Below are positions 48,020 through 57,148 of a DNA stretch of 64,000 bases, piece after piece. Under the pieces are notes generated by a model, which was given only the letters and a program-made list of their open reading frames with translations, ran no database searches and had not been told where the DNA came from. The stretch lies in the NCBI RefSeq assembly GCF_022763305.1, contig NZ_JALEGT010000093.1:461-64460 (forward strand), given 5' to 3'. The translations under genes were made by a program, and so were the position numbers. Source of the DNA: Marivita sp. Lineage in GTDB: Bacteria > Pseudomonadota > Alphaproteobacteria > Rhodobacterales > Rhodobacteraceae. Position 1 is the first letter of the stretch; every line of letters starts with the position of its first letter.

Positions 48020-48112
48020 CCTCCCGGGATTTTGCCCCGCCGTGTACTGCCCGGGATTGACCGGACAGCGATATCTCTCGGACCAGACCGTGTGTGCGAC
48101 GCGGAACCCTAG
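48020..48112 (-). promoter_or_regulatory. guanidine-I (ykkC/yxkD) riboswitch aptamer
   Basis: The minus strand reads CTAGGGTTCCGCGTCGCACACACGGTCTGGTCCGAGAGATATCGCTGTCCGGTCAATCCCGGGCAGTACACGGCGGGGCAAAATCCCGGGAGG. All four conserved ykkC blocks are present in order and spacing: CUAGGGUUCCG, GGUCCGAGAG, ACACGGCGGG, CCCGGGAG. It ends about 80 nt upstream of the 47939 start codon. Confidence 0.88.
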
Positions 48113-48228
48113 ACATCCTGCACCTTCACCCAAGCGAACTGTCGCTTGCCGGGCAAGTTCGGCCTCGGTCCAGTCTTCACGTTGGACGACGCTGCCCATT
48201 CCCTACGCCGGCACAGCGGCGAATGGTC

Positions 48229-48256
48229 AAAAAACGGGCACACGGGAAAGTGCCTG
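48229..48256 (-). terminator. possible intrinsic terminator after the response-regulator gene
   Basis: The minus strand reads GGCAC-TTTCCCGT-GTGCC-CG-TTTTTT. The stem is short (5 bp), so this is tentative. Confidence 0.4.
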
Positions 48257-48302
48257 CGTCAGAGAAGCTGGGGGATTGCAGGAAGAATCGGGGGCAGAAC
48301 GC

Positions 48303-48905
48303 TCAGATCAGACCAGATTGCCGGGCGCGGGCGACGGCGCCTTTCGTATCAAGCGCGTCGAATTTTCGGCAGAGGGTCTTGACGACGAATGCGACCGTCA
48401 CCTCTTTCAAACCCAACGCCGCAGCGATCTCGGGCACGGATTGCCCCTGATCGAGGCCTGTCAGAACCTGCACTTCGCGCGTCGTCAGATCGGCGACGCG
48501 GGATTGCGGCGCAGGCTCGGCGTCGCTTTCGAGCATGTTGACGACCTGCCCCTCGGCCATGGCACGGATGGCCTGAACATAGCTTTTCGCCGGCAGCTTC
48601 TTGGGCAGAAACCCCGCCGCGCCAAGGCGTAACGCCTCGTCCACGATATGCTGGGCGAGATTGCCGGACATGAGCGCGACCGGCGCTCCCCTGCCCTCGG
48701 TCAGGGCGCGGCGCAGACCGTCGAGCCCGTCCATACCGGGCATGTGGTAATCCAGCAGGATCAGGTCGAACGGCGGATGCTCTGCGACCTGGCGCAGGAC
48801 ACTGTCCAGATCTTCGGCCAATGTCACACCGATCTCTTGACGCGACAGCATCGCGTCGAAGAGTTCGCGCAACATCTCCTGATCATCGGCAATCAATACC
48901 CGCAT
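48303..48905 (-). CDS. LuxR/FixJ-family response regulator
   Basis: Receiver MRVLIADDQ...LLDYHMPGMDG and C-terminal LuxR HTH LTTREVQVLTGLDQGQSVPEIAAALGLKEVTV. Confidence 0.92.
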   Translation of the reverse strand: MRVLIADDQEMLRELFDAMLSRQEIGVTLAEDLDSVLRQVAEHPPFDLILLDYHMPGMDGLDGLRRALTEGRGAPVALMSGNLAQHIVDEALRLGAAGFLPKKLPAKSYVQAIRAMAEGQVVNMLESDAEPAPQSRVADLTTREVQVLTGLDQGQSVPEIAAALGLKEVTVAFVVKTLCRKFDALDTKGAVARARQSGLI

Positions 48906-48908
48906 GGT

Positions 48909-51900
48909 TCAGCCAGTCTGTTCCGCTGCGGCCAGCAAGGCCAATTCCGCCTGAAGCACCAGTGATCGTCGGTCAATGGGCTTTGGCAGGACGGCGGAAA
49001 AATGCACACCGGTCCGACCGGCTTCACCGGCAAGGGCGGTCACAAGAAGCATCGGCAATCCGGGCACGAGACGTCGCGCCTCATCGGCCAGTTGCGCACC
49101 GGTCATGTGCGGCATGTCGAAATCCGTGACCACGAGGTCCCAGCTGCCGGGATCATCCCTGAGTGCGTCGATCACGTCCTCGGGATTGGTTGTGGACGCG
49201 ACTTCGGCCCCGGCCGCTTCGAGATAGGCGGTGATCACATCCAGCACTTCGGGATGGTCATCAACCACGATGATCATCCGACCATCGAGACGGCCCGTTG
49301 CGGCATCAGTGGAAACAGGAACCGACGGGAGCGACTGAACGGCGTCCACCGGCCAGAACACGTCGAACCGTGCTCCTTCGCCGGGGGCAGTCGTCAGACG
49401 CAGCGCACCGCCATTGTCCTCGATCACCGACGACACGACGGCCAGTCCCAGACCGGTGCCCAGATCACCTTTCGTGGTGAAGTAGGGCATGAGAATCTGC
49501 GAGGCGACGTCCTCGGACATGCCCGGCCCTGTGTCTTCGACGGTCAGGCAGGCGTATCGCCGCGCCGGATCAACGCGCCCGACAGACATCGGCCCCATGT
49601 CTCCAACCTGCTGCGGCGCGGCCAGTCGGATCGTGACCGTTCCCGGCGCACCGGCAAGCGCATCGCGCGCATTGATCGCGAGATTGAGCAAAAGCTGCAG
49701 AACATCGGTCGGGTCGGCCAAGGCCTCGACCGCGGTTTCGGGCAGGGTCAGGGACAGGCGGGTCGGCGCGCGCAGGCTGGACCGCACAAGCTCGGCCGCC
49801 TCCTTGACCGGCTGCCGCAGGTCGAGATTGACACGGGCCGACTTTCGCGCTCCGAGCGTGAGCAGACGTTTCACCAATCCGGCCGCCTGATCCGACGCCG
49901 CCAGAATGCGGGACGCGCCCGAGGCGGTCGATGCGTCCTTGTCGGCGGTTTCCATGATCAGCGACGCCCCGCCGGAAATGATCGCCAGCAGATTGTTGAA
50001 ATCATGGGCAAGCCCCGCCGCCATCTGGCCGATCATCTCGCGGCGTTGTGCCAGTTGCAGTTCATTGAGAAGGCGTTCGCGTTCGGCCCGTTCGCGGCGG
50101 CGGACGGAGATGTCGCGCGTGATGCAGAGCAGGCCACCATCAGCGTTCACCGTGAGAGAGACATCCTGTTCGACGGGGCTGCCGTCGCGCGCAAGGCCGA
50201 CTGTCTCGCCTGACCAGCCGCCATCCCGCATCAACGCCGGGAAGACGTGCTTTTCGATCCATGCAACCTCTTCGGGCCCATAGAGCATGGCATAGGACTG
50301 GCCAAGAACCTCCTCTTCACGCGTGTATCCGAACATCTCCAGATGCGCTCGGTTCATATAGACAAAGCGCCCTTCGGCGTCGGTGATGGCGATCCCGTCA
50401 AGGCTTGCTTCCATCGCAGCGGCCCGATCGGCCAAGGCGCGTTGCTCGGCAAGCTTGAGGTCCGTGATGTCGACGCGCAATTCAACACGGCCGCCTGCGG
50501 GCATGGCCTTTTCGAAAACGCGCAGCCACGTCCCGTCGGGCAGCATCTCTTCGAATTCCCGGTCCGGCTCGGAATGCTGCGCCAGTCTTTCGGCCAGCCA
50601 CTCTTCCTCGCGGCCAATCGCTTCGGGATACTGGCCCACCTGCACGCCGTAGCGCATGATGCTTTCGAACTCGGCACCGATGACGATGGCCGGTTCGGAC
50701 AGGGCATGGATTTGGCGGAACCGGCTGTTGCAGATCACCAGCCGATCCTCTGCATCATACAGCACGAAACCATCCTGCAGCGCCTCGACGGCCTGCTCGA
50801 GATTGGCGCGCGCCAGGGCCGCCTCACCGGCCGCGCGACGCAGCGATTCCGCCTGTGCGCGTTGTTCGGTGATGTCGACCTCGACGGCAAGAAAGCCCGC
50901 AAGACCACCTTCGTCATTGTGCATCGGCTGGATGTCGATCGAGAGCCAGTATTCGATGCCGTTACGTGCCTTGTTCAGCAATTCGACCTGCACCGCCTGA
51001 CCGCGGTCAAGCGCGTCGCGCATCTTGCCCACGGTTTCGGGATCCGTCTTGTCGGACTGGAGAAGCTTGCCCGGGTTCTGCCCCCTGACCTCGTCAAGCG
51101 TCCAGCCGGTTGTCTGCTCGAACGCGTCGTTGACCCATTCGATACGACGTTTTGCATCCGTGATGACGACGAGGTTGGTGGTGCGGCGGGCAATTTCCGA
51201 CAGCCGTTCAAGTTCCGTCGCTTTCTTGCGTGCCTCCGAGATGTCCCGCAGCGCGATCAGATAGCCCTGATCGCCGATCGCAGACCCCGTCAACTGCCAC
51301 CATCCGGACAAAGGCGGCAGGAGTGTCATCTCGAAGGTGTGTCGGACGACCGGTGCTCCGGCGTCCAGTTCGGCCATCTTGGCACGCAACGTCCGCACCA
51401 TCTCGGGGTTGAGCTTTTCTTCGGGCAGGCGGTTGAAGAAGGCATCAAAAACCGCATCGGGGATTTCGATCGTGCCCGAGTGCCAGGACGTAAACCGTCC
51501 TTCCCGGTCCAACTCGACGATGAGATCCGGCATTGCGGACAAGACCGCCTCGAGCCGGGTGCGCTGCGACAGGGTCTCGGCATGGGCGGACACCAGCCGC
51601 TCTTCGGCGTCGCGACGTGCCAGAACCGACATGATGACCTTGGCCACCGAGCGGATCAGATACACCTCGCCGGGCAGGAAATTGCGCAACTCGCGGACCG
51701 CGTCAAAACCCACGAACCCGCGAAACGCCCCGTTTTCCATCATCGGCACGGTCAGGAGCGATTGGATGTCCTGCTCCAGCAGCCCGTCCTTGTCCGGCGC
51801 ATCATCCGGCAAGGCCGCGACATCCGGGATCAGGACGTCTTCACCCGACGCGAATTGCGTGCGCCAATGGTCAATCGTCTCGGCGGGCATGCCCTGTAGA

Positions 51901-52871
51901 AGGTCGCGGACAGGGGTGATGCCCGGCGCGCACCATTCGTGCGTGTTGTCGATAAAGGCGCCGTCCGAGCGAAGACGGAACACATAGACGCGGTCCATAC
52001 CGGTCACTTCGCCCATACGCGCCAGGGCGGTGTCGATCGCAGCATCGGTGTCCTGCAGCGACGCGCTCAGCAAGGCATCCAGAATGCCGATGACGTGCCC
52101 CTGCATTTCGGTCAGGCGCGCAAAGGCATTCTGCACCGTTTCAAGCGGCGCATCCAGAACCGCGTCGGACCGTTCCAGCGGCTTGCCTTCGACAAGCGCC
52201 AGCAGCAAGGCATTGCGACGTGCTTCGCGCAGCGCCAGCAACGCCTGCGTTGCCAGTCGGGAGACATGTTCAAGGCTGCGCAGATCGCCCGCAGTATATC
52301 GCTTGGCCAGCTTGCAGCCGATGAAAAAGGCGCCGGCGGTCTCGTCCGGCATTTCAAGCGGCACGATCATGCCGGACGCGGGCACATTGCTCCCGCCCGG
52401 CCAAGGCAGACCCTCGATCAGACCCGTCAATTTCGCAATGCGTCTTGGCCGCGTGATCAAGGCCGCCGGAAGCGGCAATCGCTGACCCTGATGCGTCTTG
52501 TCGGCGCAGACCGACACTACCGTATGATCCCCTTCGGCCTGAACGAAAAAGCAGTCGCGTCCGCCGATTTCGCGCTTGAGCACGTCAAGCAGGGCCTGCA
52601 TGGCTTCATCGGCGCCGGATTTGCCGGTCAACGCCTTCAACGCTTCGGACAGGATCAACCGCTCCTTGAGCGCCTTGGCTTCACGGAGACGGATCGTTTC
52701 GGTGTCTGCAAGCGCCGCGCGCACGGCCTCCGTTTCGGCAAGAAGCCGACGGTTTATCTCCTGGATTTCACGGTTTTTCGCTTCGAGTTGCGCCTCGGCA
52801 TCCAGCCGCGCCTGTTTTTCACGCTCATACAGGCTCCGTGAGATCATCAGGTCTCGAGTATCGCCATTCAT
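48909..52871 (-). CDS. cytoplasmic hybrid sensor histidine kinase (coiled coil, GAF, multiple PAS, HisKA, HATPase, receiver)
   Basis: 1320 aa with no obvious TM segment. H-box GLAHDFNNLL, G-boxes DTGPGM and GTGLGLAVV, C-terminal receiver IIVVDDHPE...VTDFDMPHMTG. Several PAS-like repeats have (I/V)TER/QR ends. Confidence 0.9.
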   Translation of the reverse strand: MNGDTRDLMISRSLYEREKQARLDAEAQLEAKNREIQEINRRLLAETEAVRAALADTETIRLREAKALKERLILSEALKALTGKSGADEAMQALLDVLKREIGGRDCFFVQAEGDHTVVSVCADKTHQGQRLPLPAALITRPRRIAKLTGLIEGLPWPGGSNVPASGMIVPLEMPDETAGAFFIGCKLAKRYTAGDLRSLEHVSRLATQALLALREARRNALLLALVEGKPLERSDAVLDAPLETVQNAFARLTEMQGHVIGILDALLSASLQDTDAAIDTALARMGEVTGMDRVYVFRLRSDGAFIDNTHEWCAPGITPVRDLLQGMPAETIDHWRTQFASGEDVLIPDVAALPDDAPDKDGLLEQDIQSLLTVPMMENGAFRGFVGFDAVRELRNFLPGEVYLIRSVAKVIMSVLARRDAEERLVSAHAETLSQRTRLEAVLSAMPDLIVELDREGRFTSWHSGTIEIPDAVFDAFFNRLPEEKLNPEMVRTLRAKMAELDAGAPVVRHTFEMTLLPPLSGWWQLTGSAIGDQGYLIALRDISEARKKATELERLSEIARRTTNLVVITDAKRRIEWVNDAFEQTTGWTLDEVRGQNPGKLLQSDKTDPETVGKMRDALDRGQAVQVELLNKARNGIEYWLSIDIQPMHNDEGGLAGFLAVEVDITEQRAQAESLRRAAGEAALARANLEQAVEALQDGFVLYDAEDRLVICNSRFRQIHALSEPAIVIGAEFESIMRYGVQVGQYPEAIGREEEWLAERLAQHSEPDREFEEMLPDGTWLRVFEKAMPAGGRVELRVDITDLKLAEQRALADRAAAMEASLDGIAITDAEGRFVYMNRAHLEMFGYTREEEVLGQSYAMLYGPEEVAWIEKHVFPALMRDGGWSGETVGLARDGSPVEQDVSLTVNADGGLLCITRDISVRRRERAERERLLNELQLAQRREMIGQMAAGLAHDFNNLLAIISGGASLIMETADKDASTASGASRILAASDQAAGLVKRLLTLGARKSARVNLDLRQPVKEAAELVRSSLRAPTRLSLTLPETAVEALADPTDVLQLLLNLAINARDALAGAPGTVTIRLAAPQQVGDMGPMSVGRVDPARRYACLTVEDTGPGMSEDVASQILMPYFTTKGDLGTGLGLAVVSSVIEDNGGALRLTTAPGEGARFDVFWPVDAVQSLPSVPVSTDAATGRLDGRMIIVVDDHPEVLDVITAYLEAAGAEVASTTNPEDVIDALRDDPGSWDLVVTDFDMPHMTGAQLADEARRLVPGLPMLLVTALAGEAGRTGVHFSAVLPKPIDRRSLVLQAELALLAAAEQTG

Positions 52872-53021
52872 TCGTCGGGTCCACTTGCCACCACTTCCAG
52901 TACATTCTCAAACAATTGCCCCACGATACTCGAACCACCCGAACCGGCCGCACCTGCGATACGATTCGAATGTCACTTTCGGGAAACCCACCCGCTCACT
53001 GTGGGCCCCAAACTTAGCCTA

Positions 53022-54212
53022 TCACACCTCGTCCGCACTGAACATCGTGCACGAGATCATCAGATTTCCATGTTTCGGACCGTCGCCATCCGGCACACCC
53101 TGCTCTCCGAAACTGAAGAGCCCAAGCCAGGGGAGATTCCCAAGCTCGGCCTGAATGCCCGCGGACACTTCGTCCATGCGGTCACGTACCGCCAGCATGC
53201 AGCCACCGCAATAGACAACGAGCGCGCCTGCGACAGCACCACCCACATCCGTCTTGGCCCGCGCCGCGACACGGCCCGCCCGTGCAACCAGACTGTCCGC
53301 CGTTCCCTGCATCTGCCAAAGCTGATCGCCTTCCGCGACGGCTGCAAACAGATCGACCGCACCATCGGGATGGGCGATGGCGGGATGCGCCAGGAGATGA
53401 AACGGAACGCCCGCCACTTGCCGGGTGACACGGCCCAGCGGCCAAAGCGTGGCCTCGGCAAGAATGGATCGCGGCCCATCTCCGGCCATGGCAATCGCCC
53501 CGGAACTCCATTCGTTGAGCACCTCGACCGCCTTGCGATCGTCAATCTCGTAAACACGCCGCCCCGAGACCCGCGTGACCACGCCGTTCGCGCCTGTCGG
53601 GGCATAGCCGCTCTGATACGACGACGCGACCTGGCGTGACGGGAACAGCACCGTCACCACAAGCCCATCCCCATGCACCGCCTCCGTGCTGAATTGAGAC
53701 CAGCGCCCCGACACATCATTGTCCGCAGAACTGCCACCAACGATCAGCGTTTCAGACCCGACGGCATCCCGCAAACCGGCCAGCACGTCTTCCTCGCGCC
53801 CGGGCGCCACGGTGAGCCAGACCAGTTCGGGGATTTCCCCGGGTCGGCCAGCCCGCTCCAACGCGATCATCACGGCATCATGAGCAGCGGTTCGGGCATC
53901 CTCACCCAGATCGGCAGAACAGGTGCCATAGCTGCCCGCCGAATCCCAAATCGCAAAGGCCCCCAGACCGTTACCCGTAATATCGACACCCGACGGTCCC
54001 ATCACCCCGAGACAGGATGAGCCGCCATGCAGGGCATGTGCCCCCAGAACCGAGATTGCCTCGCGGTGCACCTGTGCGACATCGCGCTCCACGCCGAAAT
54101 GCAGCGCCACGAAATGTGGCGCACCGCGACGGTCGATCTCGAGCTGTGACGCAATTTCAGCGATTGCCTCTGCGATATCCGGAGAGGTTCCCTGTGCTGC
54201 CGATATTTCCAT
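53022..54212 (-). CDS. FIST-domain signalling protein
   Basis: Internal ATG (MEISAAQGTSPDIAEAIAEI) with AGGA upstream. FIST_N/FIST_C style sequence (...LIVGGSSADN..., ...GLFSFGEQG...). The track start at 54263 is a GTG. Confidence 0.8.
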   Translation of the reverse strand: MEISAAQGTSPDIAEAIAEIASQLEIDRRGAPHFVALHFGVERDVAQVHREAISVLGAHALHGGSSCLGVMGPSGVDITGNGLGAFAIWDSAGSYGTCSADLGEDARTAAHDAVMIALERAGRPGEIPELVWLTVAPGREEDVLAGLRDAVGSETLIVGGSSADNDVSGRWSQFSTEAVHGDGLVVTVLFPSRQVASSYQSGYAPTGANGVVTRVSGRRVYEIDDRKAVEVLNEWSSGAIAMAGDGPRSILAEATLWPLGRVTRQVAGVPFHLLAHPAIAHPDGAVDLFAAVAEGDQLWQMQGTADSLVARAGRVAARAKTDVGGAVAGALVVYCGGCMLAVRDRMDEVSAGIQAELGNLPWLGLFSFGEQGVPDGDGPKHGNLMISCTMFSADEV

Positions 54213-54354
54213 TGTCCAGTCCTTTGACGTGGACGTTAACCGGAAGTCTGCTTGGTCTGCCACCGAAATACTGCGCCGACCAAATGTAAGCCCCGATCAC
54301 GGGCGCATTTTGTGCCAGCCGCGCGACAAAAGGAACGGCTGGCGGTGATCAGGA

Positions 54355-55353
54355 TCAGATGCGGGGCCCGGATGCATCAAACGTCATCTCGTGTTCGGAA
54401 CTCCAGCCCAGACCGACCTCTGCCCCCTCTTGCGGGAAGGGCGCGGCGGCATCCTGGCGGACGGTGACTTGCGTGCCGTCGGCGCAGGTGAGGTGGACCA
54501 GCGTTTCCGCGCCCAGCGCCTCGCAATAGGTGGTGCGGGCGCGCAGGGGGCCGGTGTCGAAGAGGCGCATGTGTTCGGGGCGCACGCCCAGTTTGATGCC
54601 CGACGCGCGGCCTAGCAGCGCACCGGAGAGGAAATTCGTCGGCGGTGATCCGATGAAGCCCGCGACGAATTCGGTGGCCGGGTTGGCATAGACCTCGAGC
54701 GGCTTGCCGATCTGGTCGGCCACCCCACCATTCATCACGATCATGCGGTCGGCCATCGTCATCGCCTCGACCTGATCATGGGTCACGTAGAGCGATGTCA
54801 CGCCGAGTTCGCGCTGCAGGGCGCGGATCTCGAGCCGCATCTGCACGCGCAGTTTCGCGTCGAGGTTCGAGAGCGGCTCGTCAAAGAGGAACACCGCCGG
54901 TTTGCGCACGATGGCACGGCCCATGGCAACGCGCTGGCGCTGGCCGCCGGACAGCTCGCGCGGTTTGCGGGTCAGGTAGGGTTCAAGCTGCAGCAGCTTG
55001 GCAGCCTGTGCCACGCGGGTTTCGATCTCGGACCGGGGCACCTTGGCGATCTTGAGCCCGTAGGCCATGTTGTCGAAGACCGACATATGCGGGTAAAGCG
55101 CGTAGTTCTGGAACACCATGGCGATGTCGCGCGCCATCGGTTCCTCTTCGTTGACGCGTCGCCCGCCGATCTGGACCTCGCCATCGGTGATGGTTTCAAG
55201 CCCCGCCACCATGCGCAGCAAGGTGGATTTGCCGCAGCCGGACGGGCCGACGATGACGATGAATTCGCCGTCTTCGATGTCGATGGACACACCATGGATG
55301 ACATCGGTCTTGCCGAAGGATTTCTTGACGTTGTTGAGGGTCAGCGTTGCCAT
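54355..55353 (-). CDS. ugpC: sn-glycerol-3-phosphate ABC transporter ATP-binding protein
   Basis: Internal ATG ([14 protein letters not shown]). MalK/UgpC-type with [27 protein letters not shown] and a C-terminal regulatory domain. Confidence 0.88.
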   Translation of the reverse strand: MATLTLNNVKKSFGKTDVIHGVSIDIEDGEFIVIVGPSGCGKSTLLRMVAGLETITDGEVQIGGRRVNEEEPMARDIAMVFQNYALYPHMSVFDNMAYGLKIAKVPRSEIETRVAQAAKLLQLEPYLTRKPRELSGGQRQRVAMGRAIVRKPAVFLFDEPLSNLDAKLRVQMRLEIRALQRELGVTSLYVTHDQVEAMTMADRMIVMNGGVADQIGKPLEVYANPATEFVAGFIGSPPTNFLSGALLGRASGIKLGVRPEHMRLFDTGPLRARTTYCEALGAETLVHLTCADGTQVTVRQDAAAPFPQEGAEVGLGWSSEHEMTFDASGPRI

Positions 55354-55357
55354 GTTC

Positions 55358-56212
55358 TTATTTCTCGCTTTCCACAAGCCCGCGAATGAAAAGTTTCTGC
55401 ATGCCCACGACCACCAGCACCGGCGGCACCATTGCAAGGATCGAGGTCGCCATGATCACCGGCCAGTCGGCAATGTCGTCCCCCGAGGGGAACATCTGCT
55501 TGATGCCCATGACGATGGTGTTCATCGACGGATCGGTGGTGATCAGCAGCGGCCAGAGATACTGGTTCCAGCCGTAGATAAACAGGATGACGAAGAGTGC
55601 GGCGATATTGGTGCGGCTCATCGGGAGCAGGATGTCGAAGAAGAACCGCATTGGCCCTGCCCCGTCGACCCGCGCCGCCTCGGCCAGCTCGTCCGGCACG
55701 GTCATGAAGAACTGACGGAACAGAAACGTCGCGGTTGCAGACGCGATCAGTGGCAGGATCAGGCCCTGATAGCTGTTGAGCATCCCGAAATTCGCGATCA
55801 CCTCGTAGGTCGGCACGATGCGCACTTCGACGGGCAGCATGAGGGTGAGGAAGATCAGCCAGAAGAACAGCTTTTTCCCCGGAAACTTGAAGTAGACGAT
55901 CGCAAAGGCCGAGAGCAGCGAGATCGCGATCTTGCCGATGGCGATGCCGAGGGCCATGAAGAGAGAGTTGCCCAGCATCAAGGCCACCGGCGCATTGATG
56001 CCGGCGGTCAAAGCCTTGGAGTAATTCTCGAAGAACTGGTCCCCCGGCAGAAGCGGCATCGGGGGACGCACGATTTCGGGCTGACTCACCGTCGAGGCGA
56101 CAAAAGCCAGCCAGATCGGGAAGAAGATGAAGGCGACGCCGATGATCAGACCCAGATGGGTCAACCACAGCCCGGCGCCACGCTTTTCGACCATGCCAGA
56201 GTGTTCGGCCAT
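55358..56212 (-). CDS. ugpE: sn-glycerol-3-phosphate ABC transporter permease
   Basis: Multi-TM MalG-like protein. ATGA overlap with ugpA. Confidence 0.85.
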   Translation of the reverse strand: MAEHSGMVEKRGAGLWLTHLGLIIGVAFIFFPIWLAFVASTVSQPEIVRPPMPLLPGDQFFENYSKALTAGINAPVALMLGNSLFMALGIAIGKIAISLLSAFAIVYFKFPGKKLFFWLIFLTLMLPVEVRIVPTYEVIANFGMLNSYQGLILPLIASATATFLFRQFFMTVPDELAEAARVDGAGPMRFFFDILLPMSRTNIAALFVILFIYGWNQYLWPLLITTDPSMNTIVMGIKQMFPSGDDIADWPVIMATSILAMVPPVLVVVGMQKLFIRGLVESEK

Positions 56213-57093
56213 CAGTAATGCACCCTGCGTTCGATGTATTTGAACTGGATCACGGTCAGCAGCGACACGATGATCAGAAGGATCACGGATTGCGCCGCCG
56301 AGGACCCGAGGTCCTGACCCACGAAGCCGTCGGAATAGACCTTGTAGACAAGGATCGTGGTCGCCTGCTGCGGTCCGCCGCTCGTGATGGTGTGGATCAC
56401 GCCGAAGGTTTCGAAGAAGGCGTAGATGATGTTGACCACCAGCAGGAAGAACGTCGTCGGCGACAAGAGCGGCCAGACGATCGTGCGGAACCGGGTCCAG
56501 AAATGCGCGCCGTCGATGGCGGCGGCTTCGATCACCGAGCGCGGGATCGCCTGCAGGCCCGCGAGGAAGAACAGGAAGTTATAGCTGATCCGGCCCCAGG
56601 CGCTGGCCACGACGACAAGGCCCATCGCCTCGCCTTCGTTCAGAACGTGGTTCCAGTCATAGCCCAGAAGGCCCAGATACCATGTCACCACGCCAACACG
56701 GGTGTTGAACATGAAAAGCCAGAGCACCCCCGCCACGGCAGGCGCCACGGCATAGGGCCAGATGAGAAGCGTGCGGTACGTGCCCGATCCCTTGATCAGC
56801 CGGTCCGCGAGAATGGCAAGATACAGCGCCACGCCCATCGACACGACGGTGACAAGGATCGAGAACACCGCCGTCGTGATGAAGGACGCGCGGTAGAACC
56901 GGTCGGACAGCAGATATTCGAAATTGCCAAGCCCCACCCATTGCATCGACAGCCCGAACGGATCGGGAATGAAGAGCGACTGCCAGATCGCCTGCCCTGC
57001 CGGGTAGAAAAAGAAAATGGCCGTGATCAGGATCTGGGGCAGCACCAGCAAAAGCGGCAGCCAGATGCCTTTGAACGTAACACGCTTTTCCAT
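56212..57093 (-). CDS. ugpA: sn-glycerol-3-phosphate ABC transporter permease
   Basis: Multi-TM MalF-like protein, 293 aa. Confidence 0.85.
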   Translation of the reverse strand: MEKRVTFKGIWLPLLLVLPQILITAIFFFYPAGQAIWQSLFIPDPFGLSMQWVGLGNFEYLLSDRFYRASFITTAVFSILVTVVSMGVALYLAILADRLIKGSGTYRTLLIWPYAVAPAVAGVLWLFMFNTRVGVVTWYLGLLGYDWNHVLNEGEAMGLVVVASAWGRISYNFLFFLAGLQAIPRSVIEAAAIDGAHFWTRFRTIVWPLLSPTTFFLLVVNIIYAFFETFGVIHTITSGGPQQATTILVYKVYSDGFVGQDLGSSAAQSVILLIIVSLLTVIQFKYIERRVHY

Positions 57094-57099
57094 AGAGCC

Positions 57100-57132
57100 A
57101 AAAACGGCTGCCCCACCTTGACGGGGGCAGCC
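57100..57132 (-). terminator. intra-operon terminator-like hairpin between ugpB and ugpA
   Basis: The minus strand reads GGCTGCCCC-CGTCAAGGT-GGGGCAGCC-G-TTTTT: a 9-bp GC stem plus a T-run, 7 nt before the ugpA start. Confidence 0.5.
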
Positions 57133-57148
57133 GCTCCCTTAATGCCAG

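Noticed and set aside
46518-48632. 704-aa plus-strand ORF spanning the permease, binding protein, riboswitch, terminator and response-regulator regions
   Set aside because: It runs antisense through several well-supported minus-strand genes and across intergenic RNA elements. The composition is low-complexity R/G/H/D. This is a shadow ORF.
54314-54343. 8-bp stem (GCCAGCCG/CGGCTGGC) after ugpC
   Set aside because: It has a 14-nt loop and no following T-run on the minus strand, so it is not convincing as an intrinsic terminator.
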